In this document: in pieces, positions 25,901 to 37,900 of the stretch
How the letters are laid out: each line of letters starts with the position of its first letter
Numbering within the stretch: the first letter of the stretch is position 1
Source of the DNA: Marsupella aquatica
Lineage: Eukaryota > Plantae > Marchantiophyta
Reading direction: 5' to 3'
DNA: 64,000 bases
NCBI GenBank assembly: GCA_973895155.1
Contig: OZ316892.1
Location: forward strand, 20,647,619 to 20,711,618
Notes under the pieces: model-generated
What the model was told of the DNA's origin: nothing
Databases searched by the model: none
What the model saw: the letters and a program-made list of their open reading frames with translations, nothing else
Made by a program: the position numbers and the translations under genes

Positions 25901-26249
25901 CTTCAAATAAGCTTTGATATAGATAGAATACAATATTTTATCTGCTGTCATTTTTGCATTATTCAATGATATTAAATATCATAAATTCAAAATACTATAT
26001 ATTTGTATCTTAAAAATACTAGTCAATCATCTCCAAAATACTTGGAAACCTCCAAGATACATGGAAAAAACTAGACAAAGAACTAGTAAAAGGAGGACCA
26101 AAAACCTCCACGATACATGGAAGTAAGTTTCATGCACAAGGGCCAGGGGCTAGGACCCTTGAGTTCCCCATCACCATGTTTGCTCTACCTGGACTCAAGA
26201 GTAGCTACTCAGGCATCTCACTCACACTCAGACTCAATCACCAAGTGAG

Positions 26250-27842
26250 AACTGCAAGAGTGAGCCTTGTTCCAAGTCCATTCTTGAAGGAAATTTGTGC
26301 ACGTGACAGAGCGTGCCATTAAATATTGCGTTTATCTTGAACCATCCTGTCAAAGTGGTGTCCCTGTTCGATTCCCTTTCAACCATGTCTACGATGTCTG
26401 CATCTTCATTGAACATCATTGCCTGCTCCCTTTCACAATGCACCTTGGAGACGCTGGACATAAGTACTACTCTTTGCCATTTTAAATTGGAAAATTCGCC
26501 ACGTCGCTTCCGCCGCAGACACGTAGCGTGCATCAAGATGTGTTTTGATTTCATCCAATGACTTTCTAACTTCCATTGTTGCCTGATCATGCCCCTTATA
26601 TACATACTTGTATAAGTACTTAATCGTCTTAATGGAAATACAAATCTTCACATTAATGTGAGCATTGTATTTCATGCTCAAGTATGGGCTATAGGGAACA
26701 ACCCATCTATTGTCAAACTTAAATCCATTATTGTCATTGTTGAATGATTGGTCATTATCTCGCCTCCGATACAAAAGATAGCCTTCGTCCCCAAATTGTG
26801 TCTCTAAGAAGAATTCACGAGGATAACATTTAGTGCACTTCCCATCTTCCATGCAGGGCGAATTCAAATAACCTATGCCACATGGGCCATGGACCATGCA
26901 CTTGGTTATTGTCTCATGAAGTCGAGGATATTTTACTCTATTAGGGATCAGGGGTGGGAATCTTGTGCTGCTCTACCAAAATGATCAACATGTGGGCATG
27001 GGGCAACCCACGCTTTTGGAACTCTATGACATACATAGAGGCAATGGGCCCTCCTAAGACCCCTTGGCAAACCTATGCCAACAGCGCCCTTAGCTTTAGT
27101 TTGAATACTCACGCCACAATCTTATCCCGATCGACTGGACTTTGAATCTCAAAGCACTCATTTTGATCTCCGGCCATTCTGCATTGCAAGTGAACGTGAT
27201 GAAGAGATCTGGGGGGCCGTATGTGCATACAATAGCCATGACATCCTAGTACGCCATAAGTTGAGAGCAGAATGAAAGTTTTGCCCAACTCACTTGCGCA
27301 TGCATCTCCCTTGTGCACGGCATCCTGAAGACTCGAATAAAGGTTAGTCCGCAATTTTTGCTAATTATTGCGGATATACGTCAAGCGTGTTTGATTGATG
27401 CATGCATAGACATCAACAATGTACTGCTTGAGGAGTCGTCCACCATGAAGGAGCCAATCATCATTACATCGTGCATGAAGATGGTACGCAAAGTATTGCA
27501 GTTGGTAACCTTCTTGGACCCGTTACGCCTACTCCTTGCCCCGGTAATAGCTCAATGAAGAACTTCGTCACTCATTTCAAAATCCGTCAACGAAATATCA
27601 TATGACCGTCCGTCTTGGCCTTGCAGGAAAAGAAGAACATAGTGGAGTGGCGCATAAGACCTATGCCACTCAGAGATCCTGCGCAAATGCCCATTTGTTT
27701 GTCTAAGGATGATGTCCCTATGGCATACCTCTATATCTTTGTCACCCACCATGACAACGCCAATCTCATCGGCCATGGGCTTGTTATAACGTCTTGGAGC
27801 ATTGTCGCGCTCGGCCAGGAGGCGTAAAGATACCTCTGGCAC
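26250..27842 (-). pseudogene. Helitron RepHel, Rep (HUH/Y2) region, frameshifted
   Basis: RRYNKP..DEIGVVMVG, YAPLHYVLLF, YVIEFQKRGLPHAHMLI, MVHGPCG, YRRRD, DNRWVVPYSPYL..KYNAHINV, KYLYKYVYKGHD, ARYVSAAEATWRIF. Confidence 0.92.
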
Positions 27843-28953
27843 TGTCACTTGCCTCTCCAACGGTTAATACGTGCAAACCGCACTTTTCTTCGCTTAAACC
27901 GTTGGTATCGTATTACGGGGTCGTGGAGGGACGCTATTTGGATTCTTTTCACACCAGGATGAGTATTTTGGTTTCCGCTCCCGGAAATGTAGGTTTTGAT
28001 CAAGTCTACCGACTACCCTCACCCCACAGCTTTTGATCAAGTCCTGCCGACTACCCCACTACACCTTCACTCGGAGTCACCCAAAGAGTGCTGTCACCAC
28101 CCCTACTCACAAGGCCGACTCAAACCAAGCAAGTTTCTTCAAATCATAGAACGGGAGAACACAATTCGGAAAGCGAAAAAGGGAGAAGGAACACACAACA
28201 AAAGCCCATCAAGTCAAATGTACAGATCCATATCTCTTGGGAAAAACGATACACATTGCATGAGTAACCCGGCCTCCTGCCGTCTACTCAACTCCTGCCT
28301 CTCCGGACAATGAGTATGGCTCCCCCTCACTACTCTGAACACGCTTTCAAACTCCTCAGGCTCCACTCTATCCCTCCTTGCTAACTTCACACTGAGTCCC
28401 CCTAACTACTTCGGGGCTATCCCCCTAAATACTGAAAAATCACACCAAAGCACCCCTCACAGGGTCACAACGGTGGCGGCTACCCTAGCGGCGCCGCTAA
28501 AACCTTGCACTAAGAGAAATCCTTAAACTGAAGAGGAGCATGCGGCACACACATGCTGCTAAAACCCTAAACCCAAAACAAGGGGGCCGACGGTGCCTTC
28601 GACGGCGCCCCAACAGTACACGTGAACCCTGAAAGTGAGAGGCACCCCAAAATGGCCGAAACTAGGTGCCCTTCCAAGTGCACACCTGAGCTCACCCCTG
28701 GATAGCTCTTCTTTTCCTGCTTCCGAATCACTAAGTCGCTCCCTCAACGGACTTCAGACGCCTGAGTTATGGCCGTTTCCGTACCGCAAAAACATAAGTT
28801 CTCCAGGCCATAACTTGCTCATCCTGGCTCCGTTTGAGGAGCGCCGCCTCTTGTTGGAATCAGCTCCGCGAGCTCATCCCAACAAGCCCATGAGTGACCC
28901 CCCACTAAAATGTTGGAAATCTGGAGGCCGTACACCCACGTCCGTACGCCTAT

Positions 28954-30810
28954 CTAATCCTCCTCTTCTTCTTCGCTCTCGGTGCCCGGACTTGTGCCCC
29001 GTGAGTGGTCCTCCTCCTCATCACTCACGGGAGTGAGTGCCACCGTACTTTTCTTCTTCTTCGACGGAGTACTCTTAGTGCTGCTGCTCCCGCGCTTCCT
29101 CAAAGCAGCCAAGGCCTGCCACGCCTTGATGTACCCCTCACCAATTGTGTCCTTCCAGAGGGTAGCCTCTTCTCCGGACCGCAACTCCAACGGTAGAACT
29201 TGCCCCGTGGCCATGGGAGTCCCGGGGGTGACAGACCTGGGTGGCATCCCCGTACTGACCTGAGCCTCCCGTAACGATTTCCGTACCTCCCGGAGCTTCT
29301 TCTCCAAGCTCTTACTCTTCTCCTGACTCTTCTTGGCTCCATCCAACAAGGGTCCATACTTCCCACTAACCTCCTTCACCACCATCTCGATAGCTTGGGA
29401 GATCACATCCGGGGAAAGTGTGGAGCCAGGTGTGCCGGGACTCTTCCGTTTCCCTAGACTCAGGGCCTCACTTCTCTTCGCTCGTGTCTCAAAGGCTGCC
29501 ACCTGACTCCGTAGTGCTCCCACCTGGTTCCTCCACTCCATCACTTCTCCAGAATTTTGCTTCTCTTTGGCCAATGCTTGCCTCAACGCTCCTACTTCTT
29601 CTGCTTCCTTGGCCTTGGTGGACAAAGCTCCCTTCAAGTTGGTGATCTCTACGTGAGCTGCATTGATGTGCCTGACCTTCTCATGAATGGTCTGCTCCTT
29701 GGTCTTGATCACCTCCTTCAGTGACAGGATGCTCTGCTCTAACGTCTCTACTTTGACTGTGGCGTGCTTGAGAGACTCCCTCAATGCGTGGACTAGCTTG
29801 AGTCCCTCGTGGACTCCCTCTCTGAAATCCCGTAGCTCTGCCAAGTAAACATCCGGAATGTTGTATTCCAGAGGCTGTTTCGGATCTCCCACGAGTGATT
29901 CAAGCCACTCCAATGTGCAATCATCCTCCTGGTTCTCTTCTTCTCTATTATCCTCCCCACCAGCAGACAATGATTCCTCCGTGAGCTTCCCTAAAACGGT
30001 AGTGGTAATACTCCGGATCTCCGTGGTGAGAGATGATCCCGTGTCTTCATGCCCCGGAGAACCAATCAACCCTTCTGCCCTGGCCAATACAAATGACCCC
30101 ATCAAATGTACAGCCCCACCTGGTTTCACACTCCCGGGCTCAGCGGCCAATAGCTTCTTCAATCCGTAGCACCACCATCCGTACACATGGGCTGGGTAGT
30201 TCTTGATGTCCATAGCTACCACGAAATGCTCCTCATTCAGCACTCCGGATTGCACGTTGCCAAGAACCCGTTGATGCACCTTGGCCAGGAAGCCCTTATA
30301 CTCAACATCCTTGACAGCAGAAAGAGGGATGGCGGTGGTGGAGGTAGGATTGGTCACCCAAGTGGCCACCATTTTCAACGTGAGTTCTCCCCTGATATTC
30401 CGAGGTGTGAATGAGAATTTCTGATTCTCAAGAAACAATAGCTTAGCCAACTCCACATGGGGCACTACACGTTTGAGACATTCAAAGTAGATTCCCTCCG
30501 TTCGGAACTCCATCCCGGCCTCAATGTCCCAGCTCTTCCCTGAAGGGATGGTAATCTCCACCTTCATGAATTCTGTAAGCCCGGTGGCTTGGAAAATGTT
30601 CCGACAATCCTCCATCACCTTGGTGGAGGTCTTGGGATAAATTCGACGAAAAATCTTCCTACCCACCGGTGAGGAACCCGCTGCCAATCCCGTGCTCATC
30701 ATAACTTCTCTCTCTTCCCTTTCCCGTGTAATCCGAGTCTCCACGTAGTCACGGTAAGCAGCCTTGTATCTCCGAATGCGTGACGCACTAAACTCTGGTT
30801 GATCTAGCAT
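28954..30810 (-). CDS. LTR-encoded 618-aa protein of unknown function (3' LTR copy): globular N-terminus, acidic linker, long coiled coil, basic NLS-like motifs, acidic tail
   Basis: 1857-bp uninterrupted ORF wholly inside the LTR, same sense as gag-pol; heptad-like E/K/L-rich run, KRK and KKKK motifs, EEEEED end. Confidence 0.88.
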   Translation of the reverse strand: MLDQPEFSASRIRRYKAAYRDYVETRITREREEREVMMSTGLAAGSSPVGRKIFRRIYPKTSTKVMEDCRNIFQATGLTEFMKVEITIPSGKSWDIEAGMEFRTEGIYFECLKRVVPHVELAKLLFLENQKFSFTPRNIRGELTLKMVATWVTNPTSTTAIPLSAVKDVEYKGFLAKVHQRVLGNVQSGVLNEEHFVVAMDIKNYPAHVYGWWCYGLKKLLAAEPGSVKPGGAVHLMGSFVLARAEGLIGSPGHEDTGSSLTTEIRSITTTVLGKLTEESLSAGGEDNREEENQEDDCTLEWLESLVGDPKQPLEYNIPDVYLAELRDFREGVHEGLKLVHALRESLKHATVKVETLEQSILSLKEVIKTKEQTIHEKVRHINAAHVEITNLKGALSTKAKEAEEVGALRQALAKEKQNSGEVMEWRNQVGALRSQVAAFETRAKRSEALSLGKRKSPGTPGSTLSPDVISQAIEMVVKEVSGKYGPLLDGAKKSQEKSKSLEKKLREVRKSLREAQVSTGMPPRSVTPGTPMATGQVLPLELRSGEEATLWKDTIGEGYIKAWQALAALRKRGSSSTKSTPSKKKKSTVALTPVSDEEEDHSRGTSPGTESEEEEED

Positions 30811-31241
30811 CCATGCATCCCGAAATCAATTTCTCAATCACCAATCCCGTCACCCGTGGCAATGTCAATTCCCTGGCCCGAAACAGCCCCCGTAGCCCGA
30901 TCACTTAAATTCTCTCAATTTCCCGTCACTACTCCGTGCGGCCGCCACTAATGCCTGGAAGAATGACGCCAGCAAGCCCCACTAATCCACCATGAAAGAG
31001 AGAGCTTCAAAAATAATTAGAATCTGGAGAGAGCTTCCGGCAAGAGAGAGAAGAACCCCGTTTTTGCTTTCGGCAATGAGAGGGTCGTGCAAAAGGAAGA
31101 GGGAAAGAAAAAGGAAGGAAAAAAAAATAGAACCGAAAAAACTCCTGGCGCCTTCGCCATGCGCCCCGGCCCATTTCTCGGGCCTTACCCTTGCGTCCTC
31201 CTGCGCGCGGCCCTATGCAGGGCGCGCGGCCATTCCTCCCG

Positions 31242-31604
31242 GCTCGCGGGAGGCCCTTCAACTCCCCCCCGCTCGCGTGATCCTCCCAGCTCGCGGGAGG
31301 CCCTTTAACTCCCCCCCGCTCGCGTGATCCTCCCAGCTCGCGGGAGGCCCTTTAACTCCCCCCCGCTCGCGTGATCCTCCCAGCTCGCGGGAGGCCCTTT
31401 AACTCCCCCCCGCTCGCGTGATCCTCCCAGCTCGCGGGAGGCCCTTTAACTCCCCCCCCCCGCTCGCTTGCGCTCCTTCAGCTCGCGGAGCCTCATTAAT
31501 TGCCCGGGCACGCAGCCCTATGGGCTCGCGAGGCAGCCCCTTCAGCTCGCGGAGCCCCATTAATCGCCCGGGCACGCAGCCCTATGGGCTCGCGAGGCAG
31601 CCCC
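31242..31604. repeat. CpG-rich tandem arrays in the LTR: 47-bp x ~4.7 and 64-bp x 2
   Basis: 47-bp units start at 31242, 31289, 31336, 31383, 31430; 64-bp units share GCTCGCGGAG at 31481 and 31545. Confidence 0.95.
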
Positions 31605-31932
31605 TCTTTCTCTCGGACGGCCACTAATGGGACTCGCCCTCCTGAGGAGGGATTTATTTAAAAAAAAACCCCCCCCCTCTCCTGACTTTGCAATGGGGGT
31701 CTCAACAATAGCTCTTGAAGCAAAACGGTAAGTCCTATGGGGCTGGTCCTGGCTAGTTTCAAGGTCCCAAAATATTTGCCCACTTAGGTCGCCGCAAATC
31801 TTAGAACTATTATGAGAGAAAGAATATAAAGTCACCTGGGGCATCATCAACCTATAATGACGGAATTAACTAAAAATTAAAAAATGGCTTATTTACATTG
31901 ACTATTAACAAGGTATCGGCCTTTGCAACCAG

Positions 31933-34900
31933 TTATGTGTGACTTCCCGTGACGGGGTACCCGTCACATAGCTCCTCTCTTAATTGCGAAGCGCCCCCGC
32001 GAGCACCATACTCTTCCTCCGTGTAGTACTTCTTTAGGCGCTCTTGATTGATCCGTGTGTTGAGTAGTTGCCCCTCCAATGTCTTGAGTTGAACCGAGCC
32101 GTTGGAGTAGACGGCATCCACTACGTAGGGTCCCATCCACCGTGTATGCAACTTCCCGGGGAAATGCATGAAGCGGCTATCGTAGAGGAGCACCAAATCT
32201 CCCTCCTCAATGGACACACGACGGAGACGGGAATCGTAATGTGACTTGCGTTTGCCTTGCTCCTGCTCCGTATGTGTCAAAGCCTCTTCTCGTGTCTCCG
32301 TGAGTTGCTCCAACTGTTGGATCCGTGAAGCGACACTTTCTTCTGCCCCTTCCCTTTCCCGTGTTAGGATTCGAATGGTTGGAACCTCAAATTCCACCGG
32401 CACAAGAGAGTGTTGTCCAAACACAAGGAAATAGGGGCTGTGGCCCGTGGTAGTCTTGTGAGCCAGGTTGTAAGCGTAAGTGGCAGCCAACAACTTCAAA
32501 TCCCAATCGGTCTTGTGAGCGGATACCGTTTTGTTGAGGATCTTGCCCATGATCCCGTTGGCTCTCTCAGTGAGCCCGTTGGCTCGAGGGTGGTACGGAG
32601 TGGTCTTCCTATGTGAGATCAAGTAGTTCTCCGTCAAACGTTCAATCGTATGATTGAGGAAGTGAGTACCCCTGTCACTTACCAACTCCAATGGTGGACC
32701 AAATCGTGTAAAAATCTGCTCATACAAAAAACGTGCCGTGGTGTTGGCATCATCCTTGGCAGTAGCTCGGGCCTCCACCCACTTGGTGGCATAGTCCGTT
32801 GCAAGAATGATGTAGCGCTTCCTCCCTCTTCGTGTGATGGGAGTGAAAGGGCCAATGAAGTCCACCCCCCACTTCTCAAAGGGTGCAAGAGGAAGTATGG
32901 GCACCAATGGGTGTCGTGAGGAGGGCCCTGGTTTGCCTTGACGCTGGCACGGATCACATCGCTGGATGTACCGGTGTACATCCCGAAAGAGAGTTGGCCA
33001 CCAATATCCAGCATCTAGTATTTTCCTTGCGGTGGTCTCCCGTGCAAAGTGGCCACCAGCTTCCTCCTCATGTAATGCTGCCATGACTGTACGTATCTCC
33101 GCTTCCTCCAAACAACGACGAAGTCGGCCATCCATGCCGTACTTGTGAAGTACTCCCTTCACAAGCAAGTAGGGACCTGTCTTACGCAAAAACACTGCTG
33201 CTCTCTCCGGGCCCAAACGTGAGGGAACTCTAGCCGTGCGGAGAAATTCCAAAATTTCTCCATACCAAGTAGTGGCCTCTGTATTCACGCTGAACACTTC
33301 CTCATCCGGGAACCGATCATCAATCTCCTGGGAGTCAGATGCTCCCTCAATACGGGAGAAGAAGTCTGCATTGCTATGACTCTTCCCCGATCTTACTCTC
33401 ACCTCATAGTTGAACTCTTGTAGCAACAAAACCCAACGTGCAATTCTCCCGGACAGATCTGGCTTGTTGACCATGTATTTCAAGCTGTTGTGATCCGTGT
33501 GGAACACAACCTTGTACCCCAACAAATAATGACGATACTTCTTACAAGCGTAGATGATACCAAGTGCCTCCCTATCGGTGGGTGAGTAGTTTTTCTCTGC
33601 CGGGGCCAACTGCCTACTGGCAAAGTAGATGGGATGGTCTCTTCCATCATCATCTAACTGACTCAAAACGGCACCGATGCAAAATCCTGATACGTCTACG
33701 TAAACATGGAATTCCTTATTCCAATTGGGCGTAATGAGCACGGGGGCCTCTAGCAATCGTTTCTTCAATTCATCAAAAGCAGCCTGACGGGAAGGAGTAG
33801 GTTCAAACTCACTTCCTTTTTTCAACATGGAAGTGAGTGGCATGGCTACCTTGGCAAAGTCTTTGATGAAGCGTCGGTAGTAGCCAACACACCCCAAGAA
33901 CCCTCTCACTTCCTTCACATTCTTGGGAAATGAGACTGCTACCCACACGGCGACCTTCTCACGATCAACTTCAATCCCTCGTGCAGACACTTTGTGGCCC
34001 AATAGGATTCCCTCCTCAATTCCAAAGAAACATTTCTCCGGATGCAGCTTCAGGCAAGTCTCCCGGCACCGCTGAAAAGTCAACCGTAAGTGTTCCGGAT
34101 GCTTGACTCGTTTGCCGTAGACAGCAAAGTCATCAATAAAGATCTCCAAGAACCTGCGTAAAAAGTCATGAAATATATTCATCATGAGCCGTTGGAACAT
34201 GCCAGGGGCATTGCACAACCCAAAAGGCATTCTCCGGAATGCAAAAATCCCCCACTCTGTTGTGAAAGCCGTCTTGAGTTGGTCCTCCTCCCGTATCCAG
34301 ATTTGGTTGTACCCAGAGTAGCCATCCAAGAAGCTGTATATCTCCCAACCTGCTACCATGTCCAACACGATATCCGTGAACGGTAGCGGGTAGTGATCCT
34401 TCTTGGTCGCATCATTCAACTTTCGAAAATCTTGGCACACCCGTATTTTCACCTTCCCGTCTGGCCCCTTTTTCTTGGGCACGATTACGATGGGTGACAC
34501 CCACTCACTATGCATGACCGGATAAATGAATCCTGCATCCAACAAACGGTCAATCTCCTCCTTCACCATGAGTGAGTATTTGGGGTTGAGGCGGTATTGG
34601 CGTTGCCTCACAGGTCGTGCTCCTGACATCAGGTCAATGCTGTGCTCACCAAACTCAGGTGGCACTCCTTTCAAATCTTGGTGGCTCCACGCAAATACGT
34701 CTTGGTACTCTTTCAACAATTCCTGAATCGTGCGTTGCTCCGTAGCATCCAACTTACTACCAATGTTGAGTGTCTTGCCCTCACCCACTTCCACCTTTGT
34801 GTACTGCTCCGGCCTGATCACGTCCAACTTGTTGCGTGTCTCCTCATCAAAGGTTTCTTCCAACAGTGCGAGCCTCATCCCTCCATACACCGGTGCATCA

Positions 34901-37900
34901 CTCTCCTCCTGGTCTGGTCGGGATGGAGGTGGATCCTTTGTCACATGGGCCATTATTTCTTCAACGTCAGATTCTTTGTAATGTGACAATAGCTCCTCTC
35001 TAAAGTCATCATCCAGGATGTCATTCAAAAACTGCTCTCTTTGCTCATCATCAAACATGATCGTGTGGGCTTGCATTTCCACCTCCTCGGGGTGATCCTC
35101 TGCCTCCCTATCATGAATCTCTAGAGGTTCAGCCTCCACAATTTTGCTTCGCTCGTCTTCCATCTCTTCTAGAACAGCGTGCACTTGGCTAACTGATTCC
35201 TCTACTGCATGCTCTTGAGTAGCAACTCCGGGGCCAAAAACATCTTCCTCCGTGAGGTGAGAAATCAGTTTCACCATGTATACTTCATCCTCGTCTTCAT
35301 CTGAGGTGACCTCTGAATCATATTCCTCCTCCATAGTCGTAGTCTCCCCGTGAGGTGACTCCGCTGACCATGGAATAGTGATAGTGGGGATACCAAACCG
35401 AAACTGCCGTTTGCCCCAATCACTTGTGACCTTGGCCACATACAACCATGGCCTGCCAATTAAAATGGGAAAACCGTACGGCCGAACGGGTCGCATCACC
35501 AAATAGTTGAGGGGGAAAGATTTTCCCCCAATCATTGTTGGAATCTTGGTGAGACACCCCAACGGCACCACCCGTGCACCATCAGCCAACCTCATGGCAC
35601 GTGCCGGTGGTTCTAACTCTGTATACCCCAACCGGTTTGCCGTCTCCTCAGTCATGATGTTGACTCCCGAGCCCCCGTCCACCGGTACAAACCGTATTGC
35701 ACATCCATTGATGTCCACCGTGAGTTCTGGGGCACCCAAATCCTCCGTGACCCAGTTGACTTGTATGGGGTCAGCCCCAACTTTGGGTAACCTTCTTCTA
35801 CGTCTCCTCCTCATGAGAATCTCCTTGACTTGGCGACGGTATAGGGAGCTATCCCGTAATAGTTGACCAATTGTGGCACTGACTGGGCAATCCAGAATGT
35901 CTTGAGCAATGTTGTACGCGGTTGCAGGAGGTATGGGTGGGATGACCTCTTCTCCCGGTTTCCAACGAACAACCCTCTCCTCCGCTTTCTTTCTGGCCTT
36001 TGCCTCCTCCATGTCTTTGTCAATGGCCGCTTGCATGGCTTGTGCTTCTAGCTCCTCCAACTGCTTACGTACCTCTTCTCCCACCTTCGGATAGAACAAC
36101 TTGGGGTTGTCCCGATCAAAGTCACTATCCTCCATGGGTGGCACCTCCGGTTCGTGTGAGGTACCCGATGTGGAAGCTTGATGCACCTCCTTGTACTTCT
36201 GCTTGAGCTCGGACTTGCCCTTCTTTTTGCCGGATCGAGTGGAGACTCGGTAACAAGAGTAATGCCTTCTCTCCTCGTCGCTGTCTTCCTCCGGTAGATT
36301 CTCAGCATGAGTCCACTCATGACTTGGGGGTGAGGGGTTAGCAACTTCAACTTCCGTAGATGTTGCAACAACAACCACCGGTATCTCAACAACTGGAGAT
36401 ACTACAACGACTAGCGGTACCACCTCCTCCGTTATGGTGGTCATCCTTTGCTTGGGAATGTTCACTACGGTTTCTTCTCTTCTAGTGATTAGAGGGGTGT
36501 CGACTGCTTCCGTGGTGAGAAAGTTGACGCTAGCTTCTTTCAGAGGAGGTGGCGGCCCCTTCTTCTCTTGTGCCCCAATCGGTTGAGCCTTGAACGCCTC
36601 CAAGGTTGGGCAGTGTGGTGCAAGATGACCCTCCCCCTTGCATAGTTGACACAGCCGGGCAAAATCTCCATTGCCTTGACGGGTGGGCTCTGGGCACACA
36701 TTAGCGTAGTGGCCCGCCACTCTACAATTGTAACAAATAGGGATCTTCCTCACTCCAGGGTACGGTGGTCGATTCCCTGGGTTAGCGTTGGGATAGTTGG
36801 AGTATGCGGGTGCTCCGGCGTTTGTTGAAACTCCATGAATGCTCCGTGGTCCCGGGTTGAGAGGTTGTACACTATACACGTTGGCCTCTGGTGGCTCCTC
36901 CATGAAGTACTCTATTGGCCCTTCCGCTGCATATGAAGGATTTGAGTAGCTTGCCCCCTCAACATCCTCCTCCCGTACTTGGAAAACCTTGGCTGGTTCT
37001 CCCGCTGGGCACTCCTTCGGGGCATGACCAAACTTCATGCACTTGGTGCACCACACATTGGCTCTCTCCACCGGAACTTTTCTCCTCTCAGGTTTGAGTC
37101 CGGCAAAATGTACTTTCAACGCTTTCATTTGCTCCGTCAGCTCATCATATCTGGCCTCTTGCTCCTTCAGGCGTCTTGCCGTAGACAATGGTGTAACGGC
37201 CACCGTGGGTAGTATCACTTCACGGTGAGAGGACTTCTTGACTTTCTTTGACAACTTCTTCTTCTTCCTCCTTCGTCTTTCAGCTTCTGACTCCGTAGTG
37301 TCTGACTCTGTAGTACTCTCAGAATCCTCAGATTCATCACTACTATCTGAATCAGATCCACTCGACTCCTCACTGGAGGAACTGTCAACCGGCTTCAGCT
37401 TCTTTCTTCGGCAACGCTTGCTTGTGGCATCAGCTGCGGTGTATGACTCCGCTGCTGCAATAGCTTCAGCCAATGTGGTTGGCTTGGCTTGACGTACAAA
37501 GAACCCCATCTTGCTTGGTAGGGCAGCCACAAACCAGGCTTGACGCATAGCATCATCGGTACGGGCTTGGATCCGACGTACCAGCTTTTGGAACCTTTGC
37601 AAAAACCTCCGTAATGACTCCTTCTTCTTCATCCTGAGTTGGCCCACCTTTAATAGTGAGGTGGCCTCCACTCCTATGGATCTGAACTCCTTCAAGAAGG
37701 CTTGCTTGAACAGAGCCCAATCAGCTTTCACGTTGGCCAACAACGAAATGAACCATGGACCTGCCTCCCCTCTCATCATTCCAGGAATGATAGTGAGCTT
37801 ATGTGCAGACTCCCCATTAGCTTCGGCAATCCCTTCAAACTCCTCAATCCATTCGTCTGGATCATCCTTTGGTCTCCCCTTGAAGGGTACGTACTGAACA

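Larger units (their letters stand above)
27843..31968 (-). repeat. 3' LTR, 4126 bp
   Basis: Direct repeat of 38587-42711; starts TGTGAC right after the PPT and ends GTGACA. Confidence 0.97.

Noticed and set aside
23000-26000. AT-rich stretch with faint coding-like remnants
   Set aside because: Too decayed to assign to any family by eye.
28562-28574. AAACCCTAAACCC telomere-like motif in the LTR
   Set aside because: Fewer than two units; at most a telo-box, not an interstitial telomere.
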